A stretch of DNA of 64,000 bases from Candidatus Marinacidobacterales bacterium. GTDB taxonomy: Bacteria > Acidobacteriota > Vicinamibacteria > Marinacidobacterales > DATDRI01. The stretch lies in contig CBDCNP010000002.1 in assembly GCA_965219415.1 (NCBI GenBank), forward strand, positions 5,312,001 through 5,376,000, read 5' to 3'. A model generated the notes under the pieces. That model made no database searches and had not been told where the DNA came from. It saw only the letters and a list, made by a program, of their open reading frames with translations. The position numbers were made by a program, and so were the translations under genes. Within the stretch, counting starts at the first letter, position 1. Every line of letters starts with the position of its first letter. Shown piece after piece: positions 48,453 through 59,699 of this stretch.

Positions 48453-51188
48453 TCAGAAAGGATGTCCCAAGCTCACGTGAAGCCGCCCGAACGACTCACC
48501 GGGTCGGGGATTGAGCTTGATCCCGTAGTCCACCCGTACCGGGCCAATCGGCGTTTCGTAGCGAAATCCCAATCCTGCGTTATAGCGCCAGTTGAGAAGG
48601 CGGATAACCTGCAAGCGACGATAAACGTTTCCGTTATCGGAAAACACCACGCCTCCCAGCCTCTTGGCGATCGGAAACCGAAACTCCAGGTTGAGTAACA
48701 TCAAGACGTTCCCTCCCACCGGTTCCCCGCTGTCGGGGTTGGTAGGGCTGGCCTCATCCAGCGCGAAGCCACGCAACGTATTGGCTCCACCGGCGAAGAA
48801 ACGCTCGGTGATGGGCAGCAGGGCATCCCGGTCTTCTCTGAAGGTTTGACCAATTCCCCCTCGGAGTGCGAGGACGAACACCGTGTTCCTGGGAAGCGGA
48901 AAATAGAAAAACTGCTGGGCCAAACCCTTGATAAAAGGTGAGTGGGTCCCCAAGAATTTGGTGGAGAGATCGAAGTCCAAGATCCGGAACTGGCCGCGAG
49001 TCGGAGCGACCGGATCATCGCGGTTGTCGGTTACGGAAGAGACCGAGACCTTCGAGATGAGGGCTGACCGAAACTCGGGCGGTGGTGGATTTTGAGGATC
49101 TTCTTCCAGGAGGTCTACGTCCTCCAACGAGTAACGGAAGAAAAAGGTCTGGCTCTTCGACACCCGCTTGAGGACTTGCGTACCGACGCCGACCCGTTTG
49201 AATTTGAAGTCGGCCCGTTCACCCTCTTCGCGAACCGCAGTGACGAACGATGGTAGCTCCAATCCAAACGTATCCGGCTGTTGGTACGAGAAGAACAGCC
49301 GATTGCTCCGAAAACTCGCGCGGGCGAAGACGCTGGCGGAGCGGTTCATCCCCAAGATGTTGTGACGAGAAATTTGTCCTTCCACCCGTGCCAGATCTCG
49401 CTCGCTATATCCGAATCCGTAACCCACCGTCGTTCGAGGGGCTTCCTTCAGATCGATCAAAACGTCACTGGATTGGGTAGCCGGGTCGCGAGGGAGCACC
49501 TCGATGCTCACGTCGCGAAAAAGTCCGGTACCGATCAATCGCTGTCGCGTCTCGAGGAGGTTCTCCGATGAAAGGGGCTCCTGCGGAGAGAGAGTGACAT
49601 GTGGGCGCACCGCTTGCTCTTTGGTTTGATCGAGTCCCGTAAAGACAATGCGATCGACACGCGTCTGGGCCCCTTCGTCAATGAGAAGGCTCGCCGTCCC
49701 TCGAGTCCCGCTCGCATCCAACTCGGTGGCGAGCTCCACGACGACCTGCTGGAAGCCACGGTTCCGGTAGAGACCGATGGTCCGCTCCCGCGCTCCTATG
49801 AGCTTGGCCGCATCGAAGATCTCCCCGACCTTGAGGCGACTGTTTGCCATGACTTCGTCCGGTGGAATTTGCTCTGCACCTTGTAGGTCGACGCTCTCCA
49901 AATAGGCCTGAGGGCCTTTCTCGATACGCAAGAGCATATTGACTCGGCTGGGGTCGTCGTCTGTCGCCTCAACCTCGCCCGTGACCTCCGAGCGGTGATA
50001 TCCCTGCTGGAGAAAGAATCTGCGGACCGCCCTCTGGTCTTCGTCCCACTTACGTGGGACGTACGGAGAGGAACGAAATCGGCCCTTCGGTCCCGTGGTG
50101 AGAAGTGTGCGAATCGTCTTTTCGTCTGCCTCGCTCACTCCTTCGATTCGCACCGACTCGATTTCTAGATGTTGCCCGGGCTCAATCCGGAACCGCAACG
50201 TGAGCTGTTGGTTGCCCACCAACTCGCGCTCCACCAAGACCGACGCGTCGGAGTATCCGCGCTCCCGAAAGTGGGCCTCGATGTTCGCCCGCGACTCTTC
50301 GATCAAGTCCTCTGAATCGCTCGTTTCTTTCTCGATCGGCACCAACGCGCTCAACGTTTTCTGGCTCAACTCGGCACCAGTCGCCTCGATCACGACGCGA
50401 GGGCCTATCCGAGCCAGTATGTCGATCGAAACATGCTCGGGAGGCTCGGGGGAGATCTCCGAATCGAGCCGAGCCTCGTAGAACCCCTTGCCCTTCCAAC
50501 GCTTCAGGATCGCATCGAGCTCCCTCTCAACGGTTTGCTCGTCATAGAAGCCGCCCGGCTTCAAACCGATCTCACGCCTCAAGCTCTCTTTAACGCGCGG
50601 GGTGACTCCTTCAATCCGGATCTCGTTGAGCCTCGCCCGCGGACCGAGCTCGATATGGAAAACGACCTGTGCTTCGGCTTCCCGTATCCGCGCCTCGGGA
50701 TCCACCTGGGCCCATAGAAAGCCTTTCTTCTGCAGCAAGACCGCCATTCGCACCGCGGCTTCTTCGACTCGCGTCGCGTCGAACGGCTCCCCGGAAGAAA
50801 TGGCTCCCTCTTCGAGCAATATCTCGCGCATCGAGGAAACTTCCTTCGAGTTGGCGGTGGGTTCCGAAAGAAGGACCTCGCCGACAGTCAAACGTGGGTA
50901 GAGATGAAAAGTAAGCGCGACCCCATCTCCCTCCGGTCGGGCGTCCACCTTGATGTCGCTAAAGCTCCCGAACGCGTAGAGGCGCTTGATCGAGCGACGC
51001 ACCGCTGCGGGATCGTAGGCATCTCCGGGCTGAACATCGACCAATTTCCTCGCTCGCTCGGGGAGCGGCCCGCGCGAAGACGCCATCTGTACATCATTCA
51101 CCACCATTCCGGTGAATCGTTCCGAGGCGTTGCCGCTAGGCAAAGCGAGTGCTAAAACCACTCCAGCTACCATTGACGAAGAGAGCAT
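48453..51188 (-). CDS. Omp85 outer-membrane assembly factor (BamA/TamA-like) with multiple POTRA domains
   Basis: POTRA repeats, RFFAGGANTLRGF, TPIGPVRVDYG and a C-terminal F. Adjacent to tamB. Confidence 0.9.
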   Translation of the reverse strand: MLSSSMVAGVVLALALPSGNASERFTGMVVNDVQMASSRGPLPERARKLVDVQPGDAYDPAAVRRSIKRLYAFGSFSDIKVDARPEGDGVALTFHLYPRLTVGEVLLSEPTANSKEVSSMREILLEEGAISSGEPFDATRVEEAAVRMAVLLQKKGFLWAQVDPEARIREAEAQVVFHIELGPRARLNEIRIEGVTPRVKESLRREIGLKPGGFYDEQTVERELDAILKRWKGKGFYEARLDSEISPEPPEHVSIDILARIGPRVVIEATGAELSQKTLSALVPIEKETSDSEDLIEESRANIEAHFRERGYSDASVLVERELVGNQQLTLRFRIEPGQHLEIESVRIEGVSEADEKTIRTLLTTGPKGRFRSSPYVPRKWDEDQRAVRRFFLQQGYHRSEVTGEVEATDDDPSRVNMLLRIEKGPQAYLESVDLQGAEQIPPDEVMANSRLKVGEIFDAAKLIGARERTIGLYRNRGFQQVVVELATELDASGTRGTASLLIDEGAQTRVDRIVFTGLDQTKEQAVRPHVTLSPQEPLSSENLLETRQRLIGTGLFRDVSIEVLPRDPATQSSDVLIDLKEAPRTTVGYGFGYSERDLARVEGQISRHNILGMNRSASVFARASFRSNRLFFSYQQPDTFGLELPSFVTAVREEGERADFKFKRVGVGTQVLKRVSKSQTFFFRYSLEDVDLLEEDPQNPPPPEFRSALISKVSVSSVTDNRDDPVAPTRGQFRILDFDLSTKFLGTHSPFIKGLAQQFFYFPLPRNTVFVLALRGGIGQTFREDRDALLPITERFFAGGANTLRGFALDEASPTNPDSGEPVGGNVLMLLNLEFRFPIAKRLGGVVFSDNGNVYRRLQVIRLLNWRYNAGLGFRYETPIGPVRVDYGIKLNPRPGESFGRLHVSLGHPF

Positions 51189-51192
51189 CGCC

Positions 51193-54100
51193 TCAAAAGC
51201 TCTTTCGGAACTTCATGTCCACCGCGAGAGCCCCGGTCTCGTCCCGAGAGACAATCCAAGATACCGGTCCCTTGGGTGTGTACTCGATGACGACTACGAT
51301 CGACTCTGTGGTCTCGCCGAACGCAGTCGAGTAATTGATGGCCAAGTCGCGGGAGATCTGCTTCCCGACGCTGACCCGCGCCACTGGATTTGCGAACTGT
51401 CCCACCAGCGACGGATCGACGCTGATGCGATCGAGACCGAATAGCCGCTCCGCTCGCCGGCTCAGCTGCTGGTTGAGCCTCTCCGTCAGAAGGCCGGCCA
51501 CCGTGACGCTGGCAAGTTCTTCCTCTTCGGTGCCCACGGTTCTGAGCTCGGACTCCGTTGCGCCGGCGAGGAGCCTCAGGATCTCTAGAGGTCGGAGCGG
51601 AGGGTCAGAGCTCAGCTCCGGAAAGAACCGGTCGGGTGTTCCGGCCAGGCGAAGCTGAACCCGGTAGCTCCTGACCCGCGCCTCCGCCGCCAGGTCGAAA
51701 AACGGCTTGATCGAGCTGGGATCGACGAACTCGACTTTCCCAGAAAGAATGTTGTACCGCTGTCCGAGGAGAAATACTTCGCCCCGCGCCGCTTCGGCCC
51801 GTCCGAGCAAGGCCGGCCGATCGAATGTCCCGCGAAGCTGGAACTCCGCACCGCCATCGATGGTGGCTAGCGAGTTGCGAACCCTCAAGCTGTCGGGGGC
51901 GACCACGCTCACATCCAGGCGGAGATCGGGAAACGTTTGCTCGGCGGTCGGTTCCACGAGCTTTATGGGGTCACGAGTGCCGAGGATTCCAGCCGCGACG
52001 TCATATTCCCTCGTCCAAGTCGCTTCTTGAACGTCGATCCGTCCGGCGAGGATCTGTGCGCTCGCCGTACCGGTGAGTGATAGGTCCGCATCCACCGTCG
52101 CGGTCAGCCCTTGTGGATAGCGGAGCCGCAATCCGTTGCCGCTTGCCCTCAACTCGAAGGAATCGGGACGTAGGCCGGTAAGCGAAAGGGAGCCGGTCAA
52201 GCTGACCGGCGCTCCCCCGAAGCGAGCTTCCAAACCCTGCAGTCGCACGGTCCGGTTGTCGAAGAGAGCGCGACCTTGAATGTTCCCGAAAGCGTGGGGG
52301 AACTCTCTGAAGCTCAACGCTCCCTGGTCGAGATCGACGTGGCCCGAGATGGACGGATGCTCCCACCCACCTTCGAGACTCGCTGCCACCTGAGCTTCCC
52401 CAGACCACGTCGTCGAAGGGAAGAACGAGTTCAGGACCTGGAGGTTGACCGAGCCGTCGGCATCCAGGTCCATCTCCGTACCATCGAAGCCTATGTTGCC
52501 ACTCACGTTCAAGCGTGTTTGGTCTCCGACCAGCTCCATCGCTTTCAATTCGAGCTGTCCCATCTGAAGCTCTAACTCGATCGGCGCTGACGAATCGAGA
52601 CGGTAGTTGGAGACCACGGCGGTAAGACTGGACAGGCGACCCTCGGCGGAAAATGTCTCGATGGAATCGAGTCGCCCCTCGAAGGATGCCTCGCCGCTCG
52701 AGATCAAACGCAAGGACTCGGGAAACCCTTCCCGTACGGAGCGAAGTACGGGTGCGACGTCGGCTCCGCTCCAACGAGCCCTACCCTCGATGGGAAAACC
52801 AGGTGCGATCCGGGCTTGCACGTCGGTTTCTAACTCGAGCGCGTCCCCGGCAAGTGTCAGCCTGCCTCGTAGAGTCTGGTCACGCAGACGAGCCTCGAGT
52901 CGTCCGCTTCCGAGCTCCGTCTTGGCGAACGCCAAGCCCGAGACAGTCGCTTCCAATTCGATATCCGGCCTGGAAAGTGTGCCAGCCACGGCTAGCGAGC
53001 CATCGAGCTCGCCTGCGAATCTCGAGGCCGCTGGGCCCCGTACATCCAGTCGGTAAAGTTCGGAAAGTACCGAAACGGGTATTCGTCGACCCGTAAGCTC
53101 TCCCTCCACCTCTCGCGTTTCGGTGTGAAGCCCGATGGTCCCCCCGAGCTCGCCCGGACCCCGTGAGATCGAGAGCTCGTCGAGGAACACCTCGCGACCA
53201 CGAAGCCTTATACGGGATGACGCTTGATCGAACGAGTGACCTTCGACGGATCCCGCCTCCAGAGTGGCGATCGCTTCTCCACTGCGCGCGCCGTCCACGG
53301 AGGTAAACTTTCCCTTTCCGGTGAGCCGCCCCTGTAGATCGAGCGGGATGCCCAAAAAGATCTCGAGCGACGAGGCAGGCCAGCCCCGGCTCTCCACCGC
53401 CACGTCGAAATCTCTGGTCGACTCGAGAGAACCCGGGCCGAGTGCAAGCGCGCCACGACCGGTGAGCTCGGCGTCACCCGCTTTGGCATGGAAAGAATCG
53501 AATTGCGCGGTTGCGGCGCTAAGGCTTCCCGCCGCCTCTACGCTTCCCCATTGAATTCCGCGGTAAGTAACGTCGCGACCGCTAAACCTGCCTTTGAACG
53601 TCAACCCAGGAAGACGTCCTTCCAGTCGGCCGTTGGCGCGACCGCTTCCAGTGACTCCGAGTAGCCGCGGCTGATGTTCGGGATTCACGAGAGCACGCAG
53701 TCCTCGCTGCAGTCGGTCGGCGTGGGCGAGATCTTGGGCGACGGCTTCGAAGCTCAAGCTCGCAGGCGCAGTTCGTGGGTACGAGCCCGCGAGGGTCGCG
53801 ACGACGCCGTCGCTCTCGAAGCGACTAGGACCGATTTCCAGCTCCCCGCCTTCCAGGACGCCGCCTAACGAAAAGTCGAGTCCGGGAAGCTCGGACTCGT
53901 CAGACTCACCAGGCTCGTCGGGGGCGACACCTACGAGCTCGAAATCTCCATTGGCAAGAGAAAGATCGGCCAAGGGAAAGTTGACTTTCACACTCCCCGA
54001 CAGCCGAGAGGCAAAACGATCGAGCTCATTGCCTGACGACTCCATGATTTGGGACAAGCGGGCGTCCTCGAACTTCAAGTCGAGCTCGGCGGGCCCGATA

Positions 54101-55176
54101 GCTATCGAAGTTGGTTGTCTGAAATCGAACGACGCCACACCGCCAGCCAAGACCGCCTCGGCGGATTGCAACTCGATGACGTTGCGATCCCAAAGTACGT
54201 TCCCCTTGAAATCGCGGAGAGGTAATCCGGCGAATCGTGCCTCCGGGATCCGCGCGACACCCCGCAAGAGGTGCCAGCCCCGCCCCATCAGGAGAGTGCC
54301 TTCGAAACTTCCCTTCCGATTTCCTCGTCCGCCCTCCAATACGGTGAGACCGAGGAGACGCGTGGCCGCGGGGCCCACCTCCGATTCGACGTCGATCGTG
54401 AGCTCGGCGTGTGGTTCCGTTCCAAGCCGTATGGTCCCTTTGGACACGAGTTCGTAGAAGGATCCGTGGGCGTTGAGCTCCTCTAGCTCCAACTCTCGCC
54501 CGTTGAGCCTGAAGCGAGCGTCGACGGCAGCCTCGATCGGCTGACGTCCCTTGAGTCGAACCGAGCCGCGCTCGTACTCGATCGTGCCCCGAAAGCGACT
54601 CGAACCGTCCCTCTCTAGATTCGCGGCAAGTGCTTCCGCTTCTAGTCGCCACGGGATATTCGTGTTGTTGTAGACGAAGAGTGCGTTTTCGATTCGAATG
54701 CGATCCGCGAGAAGGGCCAATCCACCGGCTTCCGAACTTGCCGGCCCCCCCGGTGTCCGCGGACGCCCGGGCACCTCGATCCGACCGCCTCCATAGTCCT
54801 GCACGCGAAACTTGAGGCCGCTGACTTCCAGAAGGGCAAGATGGAGTTCCCGGTCGAAGACCCCCGTCAGGTTGAGCTGACCACGTACGCTCTCGATCTC
54901 GAGTGGGGTTGGCCCATCCGTTCGGCCGTCGACGCGGACGCCCGCAATGACGAAACTGTAATTAGGTAGATCAACCGAAATACTGTCGATCGAGATCGGG
55001 CTGTCCAGAACCCGGGTCGCCTCGCCCTCGATCCACTTCCGCAGGTAATCCGGGTAATCGAAGAATAGGATGAAAACCGCTAAAACAAAGAGGGTTATCG
55101 CCGCAAGCGAAGCGGCCACACCGATCACCCAACCTAGAACACCGGTTAGGATGCGTTTCCAGCGGTAGCTCTTCAA
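51193..55176 (-). CDS. tamB: TamB/AsmA-like translocation and assembly module protein
   Basis: 1327 aa with an N-terminal TM anchor, beta-taco repeats and a C-terminal DUF490-like region (LSSDPPL). Confidence 0.85.
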   Translation of the reverse strand: MKSYRWKRILTGVLGWVIGVAASLAAITLFVLAVFILFFDYPDYLRKWIEGEATRVLDSPISIDSISVDLPNYSFVIAGVRVDGRTDGPTPLEIESVRGQLNLTGVFDRELHLALLEVSGLKFRVQDYGGGRIEVPGRPRTPGGPASSEAGGLALLADRIRIENALFVYNNTNIPWRLEAEALAANLERDGSSRFRGTIEYERGSVRLKGRQPIEAAVDARFRLNGRELELEELNAHGSFYELVSKGTIRLGTEPHAELTIDVESEVGPAATRLLGLTVLEGGRGNRKGSFEGTLLMGRGWHLLRGVARIPEARFAGLPLRDFKGNVLWDRNVIELQSAEAVLAGGVASFDFRQPTSIAIGPAELDLKFEDARLSQIMESSGNELDRFASRLSGSVKVNFPLADLSLANGDFELVGVAPDEPGESDESELPGLDFSLGGVLEGGELEIGPSRFESDGVVATLAGSYPRTAPASLSFEAVAQDLAHADRLQRGLRALVNPEHQPRLLGVTGSGRANGRLEGRLPGLTFKGRFSGRDVTYRGIQWGSVEAAGSLSAATAQFDSFHAKAGDAELTGRGALALGPGSLESTRDFDVAVESRGWPASSLEIFLGIPLDLQGRLTGKGKFTSVDGARSGEAIATLEAGSVEGHSFDQASSRIRLRGREVFLDELSISRGPGELGGTIGLHTETREVEGELTGRRIPVSVLSELYRLDVRGPAASRFAGELDGSLAVAGTLSRPDIELEATVSGLAFAKTELGSGRLEARLRDQTLRGRLTLAGDALELETDVQARIAPGFPIEGRARWSGADVAPVLRSVREGFPESLRLISSGEASFEGRLDSIETFSAEGRLSSLTAVVSNYRLDSSAPIELELQMGQLELKAMELVGDQTRLNVSGNIGFDGTEMDLDADGSVNLQVLNSFFPSTTWSGEAQVAASLEGGWEHPSISGHVDLDQGALSFREFPHAFGNIQGRALFDNRTVRLQGLEARFGGAPVSLTGSLSLTGLRPDSFELRASGNGLRLRYPQGLTATVDADLSLTGTASAQILAGRIDVQEATWTREYDVAAGILGTRDPIKLVEPTAEQTFPDLRLDVSVVAPDSLRVRNSLATIDGGAEFQLRGTFDRPALLGRAEAARGEVFLLGQRYNILSGKVEFVDPSSIKPFFDLAAEARVRSYRVQLRLAGTPDRFFPELSSDPPLRPLEILRLLAGATESELRTVGTEEEELASVTVAGLLTERLNQQLSRRAERLFGLDRISVDPSLVGQFANPVARVSVGKQISRDLAINYSTAFGETTESIVVVIEYTPKGPVSWIVSRDETGALAVDMKFRKSF

Positions 55177-55296
55177 GGTCTATCTACCTAATATTGTTTC
55201 TGGGATTCCGCAGCACGGATCCCCGACCTGGTGTACCTTTTTGGGAGCTCCGTACTATTGTAGCGCTAATGGGCACGTGGCGCGGCCCGGCGATGG

Positions 55297-55824
55297 CTAT
55301 TTCTCGCCGGCCTTCACCGTAAACAACCGGTCCCGCGACTCGACCACTTGGCCCTCTTTAACGTCGATCGCCACCAGAGTCCCGGCCACTGGACTTCGGA
55401 TCTCGTTCTGCATCTTCATCGCCTCGAATAGGAGCACCCCTTGGTCCGCTCGGACTTGCTCTCCAGAACGAGCTAGCAGCCTAACCACCTTGCCGGGCAT
55501 GGGGGCCTCGACTTGCGCCGACCCCGGCGTCTTCCCACCCCCCGACTGAGCCCCGGCGTTCGCTGCATCTTCTAGCTCGAAGACCCGTCGCTCCCCGTCT
55601 ATCTCAACGGAGATGCGATTGCCATCGATGGTTACTCGGGCTTCATAGGATCGCCCTTCGAGAATGATGGATAGTCCTCCTTCTCGCTGACCGCCCAGAT
55701 CGAAATCCAAGGGTTTACCAGAAAGACTCACCTGCAGCCGGCCTTCGCCTTCGCCGACCTCCATAGGAAAGGATTGTTCGCCTGAGAGCAGCGTCAGTCT
55801 TTTCACGTTCTTCGCATCCTTCAC
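55297..55824 (-). CDS. Biotin carboxyl carrier protein
   Basis: APMPG and EAMKMQNE motifs. The GTG start overlaps the biotin carboxylase stop. Confidence 0.9.
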   Translation of the reverse strand: MKDAKNVKRLTLLSGEQSFPMEVGEGEGRLQVSLSGKPLDFDLGGQREGGLSIILEGRSYEARVTIDGNRISVEIDGERRVFELEDAANAGAQSGGGKTPGSAQVEAPMPGKVVRLLARSGEQVRADQGVLLFEAMKMQNEIRSPVAGTLVAIDVKEGQVVESRDRLFTVKAGEK

Positions 55825-57359
55825 AGGCGGTCCCCATGCTGCTCGCGAACACCGGCTCGCTTCCAAACCGACGGCGCCGTCGTGCGCCGTCGGGGTCGGT
55901 CGGCCGAACGATAAGCGGCGACCGCGGCGGCGATGAGCGCGGCTCGGTCGCGCTCGGCATTGATCGAGACGGGGAGCGAGACAGGGTTGGAAACCGACCC
56001 GGCGCGGCGCGTCGATCCCTTCCAATTCCGATCGACGTAACCGACATCCATCTCCCCGGCGAGGAACTGCGGATCCTGGAGTACTTTCTGAAAGAATGGC
56101 AGAGTCGTCGAGATCCCCTCCACGCGATACTCCTCGAGCGCGCGCTTCGCCCGCGCGAGACAGTCTTGGCGGTCTCGCCCCCAGACGATGAGCTTCGCAA
56201 TCAATGGATCGTAATGCGACTGAACTTCCCATCCCGAAAAGACGCCGCTATCGTCCCGGACGCCCGGCCCACCCGCCGGCCTCAGAAAGTCGATCCTGCC
56301 CGGCGACGGTTGAAAATCCTGATACGGATCTTCCGCGGTAATCCGGAATTCCATCGCCCAACCCTGCGGACGTATATCGGCTTGCGTGAAAGGAAGAGCT
56401 TCTCCGGCCGCCAGGTCGATCTGCAGCCTAACCAGGTCCAGCCCGACCACCATTTCGGTAACCGGATGCTCCACCTGGAGGCGCGCATTCATTTCGAGGA
56501 AATAAAAATCACCACTGCCATCCAATAGGAACTCGACCGTGCCGGCGTTTCGGTAGTCGGCCATCCTTGCCAACGCCACCGCCGCCTCACCCATGCTTTG
56601 CCGGAGCTCGGAGCTCAGACGCGGCGACGGGCACTCCTCGATGAGTTTCTGATGCCTTCTTTGAATCGAGCATTCACGTTCGAGTAGGTGAACGACCGAT
56701 CCCGCATCGTCGGCCACGATCTGAAACTCGATGTGACGAGGATGATGAAGATAGCGTTCGAGATAAACCGAAGGATTGCCGAAACTCGAGCCCGCCTCCG
56801 AGCGCGCTTGACGGAGCGCAGTTTCTAGCTCGGACTCTGCGTTCACGATGCGCATCCCCTTTCCGCCGCCGCCAGCGACCGCCTTGACGAGAAGCGGAAA
56901 CCCGATCCGTTTCGCTTCGCGGAGCGCATCGGCGTCACTCGACATCGGCTCACTTCCTGGAACGATGGGAACTCCGGCCTTTCCGGCAACCCGGCGAGCC
57001 TCGGCCTTGTCGCCCATGAGGGCAACCGCTTCGGGAGTCGGTCCTATGAAAACCAACCCCACTTCCTGACACCGCTTGGCGAACTCCGCGTTCTCGGCCA
57101 AAAAACCGTAACCGGGATGCAACGAGTCCGCACCTGTTTCCCGGGCAGCCTGGAGCACCGCATCGATGTCTAGATAACTCTCGGTCGACGGTGCCGGCCC
57201 GATTCGCCGTGCTTCGTCGGCGTAGCGCACATGCAAGCTGTCGCGATCCGCATCCGAATAGACCGCCACCGTTGGTATCCCGAGTTCGCGACAAGTCCTC
57301 AGAATACGAACCGCGATCTCGCCTCGATTGGCGACAAGTAGCTTGCGAAAGGGTGGCAT
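55821..57359 (-). CDS. accC: Biotin carboxylase subunit of acyl-CoA carboxylase
   Basis: ANRGEIA, HPGYGFLAEN, GGGGKGMR and EMNARLQVEHPVTE motifs. Confidence 0.93.
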   Translation of the reverse strand: MPPFRKLLVANRGEIAVRILRTCRELGIPTVAVYSDADRDSLHVRYADEARRIGPAPSTESYLDIDAVLQAARETGADSLHPGYGFLAENAEFAKRCQEVGLVFIGPTPEAVALMGDKAEARRVAGKAGVPIVPGSEPMSSDADALREAKRIGFPLLVKAVAGGGGKGMRIVNAESELETALRQARSEAGSSFGNPSVYLERYLHHPRHIEFQIVADDAGSVVHLLERECSIQRRHQKLIEECPSPRLSSELRQSMGEAAVALARMADYRNAGTVEFLLDGSGDFYFLEMNARLQVEHPVTEMVVGLDLVRLQIDLAAGEALPFTQADIRPQGWAMEFRITAEDPYQDFQPSPGRIDFLRPAGGPGVRDDSGVFSGWEVQSHYDPLIAKLIVWGRDRQDCLARAKRALEEYRVEGISTTLPFFQKVLQDPQFLAGEMDVGYVDRNWKGSTRRAGSVSNPVSLPVSINAERDRAALIAAAVAAYRSADRPRRRTTAPSVWKRAGVREQHGDRL

Positions 57360-57376
57360 CTTGGGCCTCGATGAGA

Positions 57377-58927
57377 TTAGAGCGGGATGTTGCCGTGCTT
57401 CTTCGGTGGGTTCCGGTCTCTCTTGGTGGCGAGGGCCGATAAGGCCGTGATTAGCTTTCGGCGAGTCTTCCGAGGCTCGACGACCTCATCGATGTATCCC
57501 CGTTCGGCGGCCACATAGGGATTGGCCAGTTTGGCTCGAAACTCCGCCACTTTTTCCTTGCGTAGGGTCTCAGGGTCCGATGACGACGCGAGCTCTTTGC
57601 GATAAAGGATGTTCACCGCCCCTTCGGGACCCATGACGGCGATCTCTGCCGTCGGATACGCATAGTTGACGTCGGTGCGGATGTGCTTGCTGGCCATCAC
57701 GCAATAGGCCCCGCCGTAGGCCTTCCGTGTGACCACCGTTAGTTTGGGAACCGTGGCCTCCGCATAGGCAAACAAGAGCTTGGCGCCATGCCGAATGATG
57801 CCGCCCCATTCCTGATCGGTGCCAGGGAGGAACCCAGGCACGTCCTCGAAGGTCACCAAAGGGATGTTGAAGGCATCGCAGAAGCGAACGAAACGAGCCC
57901 CTTTGACCGAGGCGTTGATGTTCAGCACGCCAGCGAGCACGGCGGGCTGGTTGGCGACAATGCCTACCGATCTTCCTCCCAATCGGGCAAAACCGACCAC
58001 GATGTTCCGAGCGAAATGCTCGTGTATTTCGAAGAACTCACCATCATCGACCACCGAGCGAATAAGCTCCTTCATGTCGTAGGGACGATCGGGTTCTTCG
58101 GGGACCAGGCTGTCGATCGCTTCATCTTCGCGATCCAGTGGATCGGTGCATTCCAGAACGGGCGCTTCGTCCAAGTTGTTGCTCGGTAGGAACGATAGGA
58201 GCCTTCGAATCCTCTGCAGGCAGTCCCCATCGTCCTCGGCCATGACGTGGGCCACCCCGGAGACTTCGTTGTGCGTCGCCGCTCCACCCAATTTCTCCAT
58301 GCTCACCTGTTCGTGGGTCACAGTCTTGATGACATCCGGACCGGTGACGAACATGAAACTCGTGTCCCGCACCATGAAAGTGAAATCGGTAATGGCCGGC
58401 GAGTAGACCGCCCCCCCCGCACAAGGCCCCATAATGGCGGAAACTTGTGGAACGACTCCGGACGCGAGAGTGTTGCGGAGAAAGATATCCGCGTAGCCCG
58501 CGAGAGAGACGACCCCTTCTTGGATTCGAGCGCCGCCGGAATCATTGAGTCCCAAGATGGGTGCACCGATCTTCATGGCCAGATCCATCACCTTGCAGAT
58601 CTTCTCGGCATACGCCTCGGAGAGAGATCCGCCGAAGACGGTAAAGTCCTGGGCGAAGAGATAAACGAGACGATCTTCGACGCGCCCGTACCCGGTAATC
58701 ACGCCGTCGCCGGGGATAACGGTCTCATCCATCCCGAAATCCCTAGCCCGATGAGTCACCAACCGATCGAGTTCCTCGAAGGTTCCGGGATCGACGAGGG
58801 CTTCTATTCTCTCTCTTGCGGTGAGCTTCCCAGCCGCGTGCTGTCGCTCGATGCGCTTGGCACCTCCGGCTTCGCTGGCTCGACGATTTCGCTCGTTGAG
58901 CTCGGCCAACCGGTCGCCTGGGGGCAT
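57377..58927 (-). CDS. pccB: Acyl-CoA (propionyl-CoA) carboxylase carboxyltransferase subunit
   Basis: [27 protein letters not shown] and KKHGNIPL motifs. Confidence 0.93.
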   Translation of the reverse strand: MPPGDRLAELNERNRRASEAGGAKRIERQHAAGKLTARERIEALVDPGTFEELDRLVTHRARDFGMDETVIPGDGVITGYGRVEDRLVYLFAQDFTVFGGSLSEAYAEKICKVMDLAMKIGAPILGLNDSGGARIQEGVVSLAGYADIFLRNTLASGVVPQVSAIMGPCAGGAVYSPAITDFTFMVRDTSFMFVTGPDVIKTVTHEQVSMEKLGGAATHNEVSGVAHVMAEDDGDCLQRIRRLLSFLPSNNLDEAPVLECTDPLDREDEAIDSLVPEEPDRPYDMKELIRSVVDDGEFFEIHEHFARNIVVGFARLGGRSVGIVANQPAVLAGVLNINASVKGARFVRFCDAFNIPLVTFEDVPGFLPGTDQEWGGIIRHGAKLLFAYAEATVPKLTVVTRKAYGGAYCVMASKHIRTDVNYAYPTAEIAVMGPEGAVNILYRKELASSSDPETLRKEKVAEFRAKLANPYVAAERGYIDEVVEPRKTRRKLITALSALATKRDRNPPKKHGNIPL

Positions 58928-58930
58928 GAT

Positions 58931-59575
58931 CTACTTCTGAGCCTTTTCCCAATCCTTGAGAAATCGTTCGATCCCGATGTCGGTGAGTGGGTGTTTGAAC
59001 AGAGAATGGAGCACCTTGGCCGGCATGGTCGCGATATGGGCCCCTACCCGAGCCGCCTCGATGACATGCAAAGGGTTGCGAATGCTGGCCACGAGTACCT
59101 GAGTCTCGAATTGGTAGTTTCGGAACACCTGGATGATGTCTCGAATGAGAGCCATCCCCTCGCTACCGATATCGTCCAGCCGGCCCACGAACGGGCTTAC
59201 GAAATAGGCTCCGGCCTTGGCAGCGAAGATGGCTTGCGGCACGGAAAAACACAAGGTGACGTTGCAGCGGATCCCGTCGTCCTTGAGCCTGCGGACCGCC
59301 TTGAGCCCTTCCGGTGTTAGCGGGCATTTCACGACGATGTTCTCGGCGATGGTGGACAGCTCTTTCCCCTCGCGAACCATACCTTGATGACCTTCCGACA
59401 CCACCTCGGCGGAAACCGGGCCGGGGACGATTTGGCAGATTCGCTCGAGCACCTTCCGATAAGGAGCCGATTCCTTGGATAGAAGAGTCGGGTTGGTGGT
59501 TACTCCGTCGAGGAGACCGAGCTCCGCGGCCTCCCGAATCTCCTCTACGTTGGCTGTGTCGAGAAAGATCTTCAT
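58931..59575 (-). CDS. fsa: Transaldolase / fructose-6-phosphate aldolase (TalC/Fsa type)
   Basis: [23 protein letters not shown] and ASIR motifs. Confidence 0.92.
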   Translation of the reverse strand: MKIFLDTANVEEIREAAELGLLDGVTTNPTLLSKESAPYRKVLERICQIVPGPVSAEVVSEGHQGMVREGKELSTIAENIVVKCPLTPEGLKAVRRLKDDGIRCNVTLCFSVPQAIFAAKAGAYFVSPFVGRLDDIGSEGMALIRDIIQVFRNYQFETQVLVASIRNPLHVIEAARVGAHIATMPAKVLHSLFKHPLTDIGIERFLKDWEKAQK

Positions 59576-59699
59576 CTGACCTCCTCCACCTTACCGGCAT
59601 GACCCGCCGGCGAGTGGGTGGCTCATTATACCCGGGGCCCCCAAAAAAAACGCCTTGGAAGTTAAGGTGGATCGGGAAGCCGGCGATGAAACGCGGGGC

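Noticed and set aside
55177-55296. Intergenic stretch checked for tRNA or ncRNA
   Set aside because: No cloverleaf, T-loop motif or recognisable riboswitch.
55825-56232. Long N-terminal extension of the biotin carrier ORF
   Set aside because: It overlaps the biotin carboxylase gene out of frame. The GTG at 55824 is the plausible start.
58247-59320. Long antisense or alternate-frame ORFs (also 20796-21785, 4087-4851, 52001-52774)
   Set aside because: Shadow ORFs expected at high GC, overlapping well-supported genes, with no motifs.
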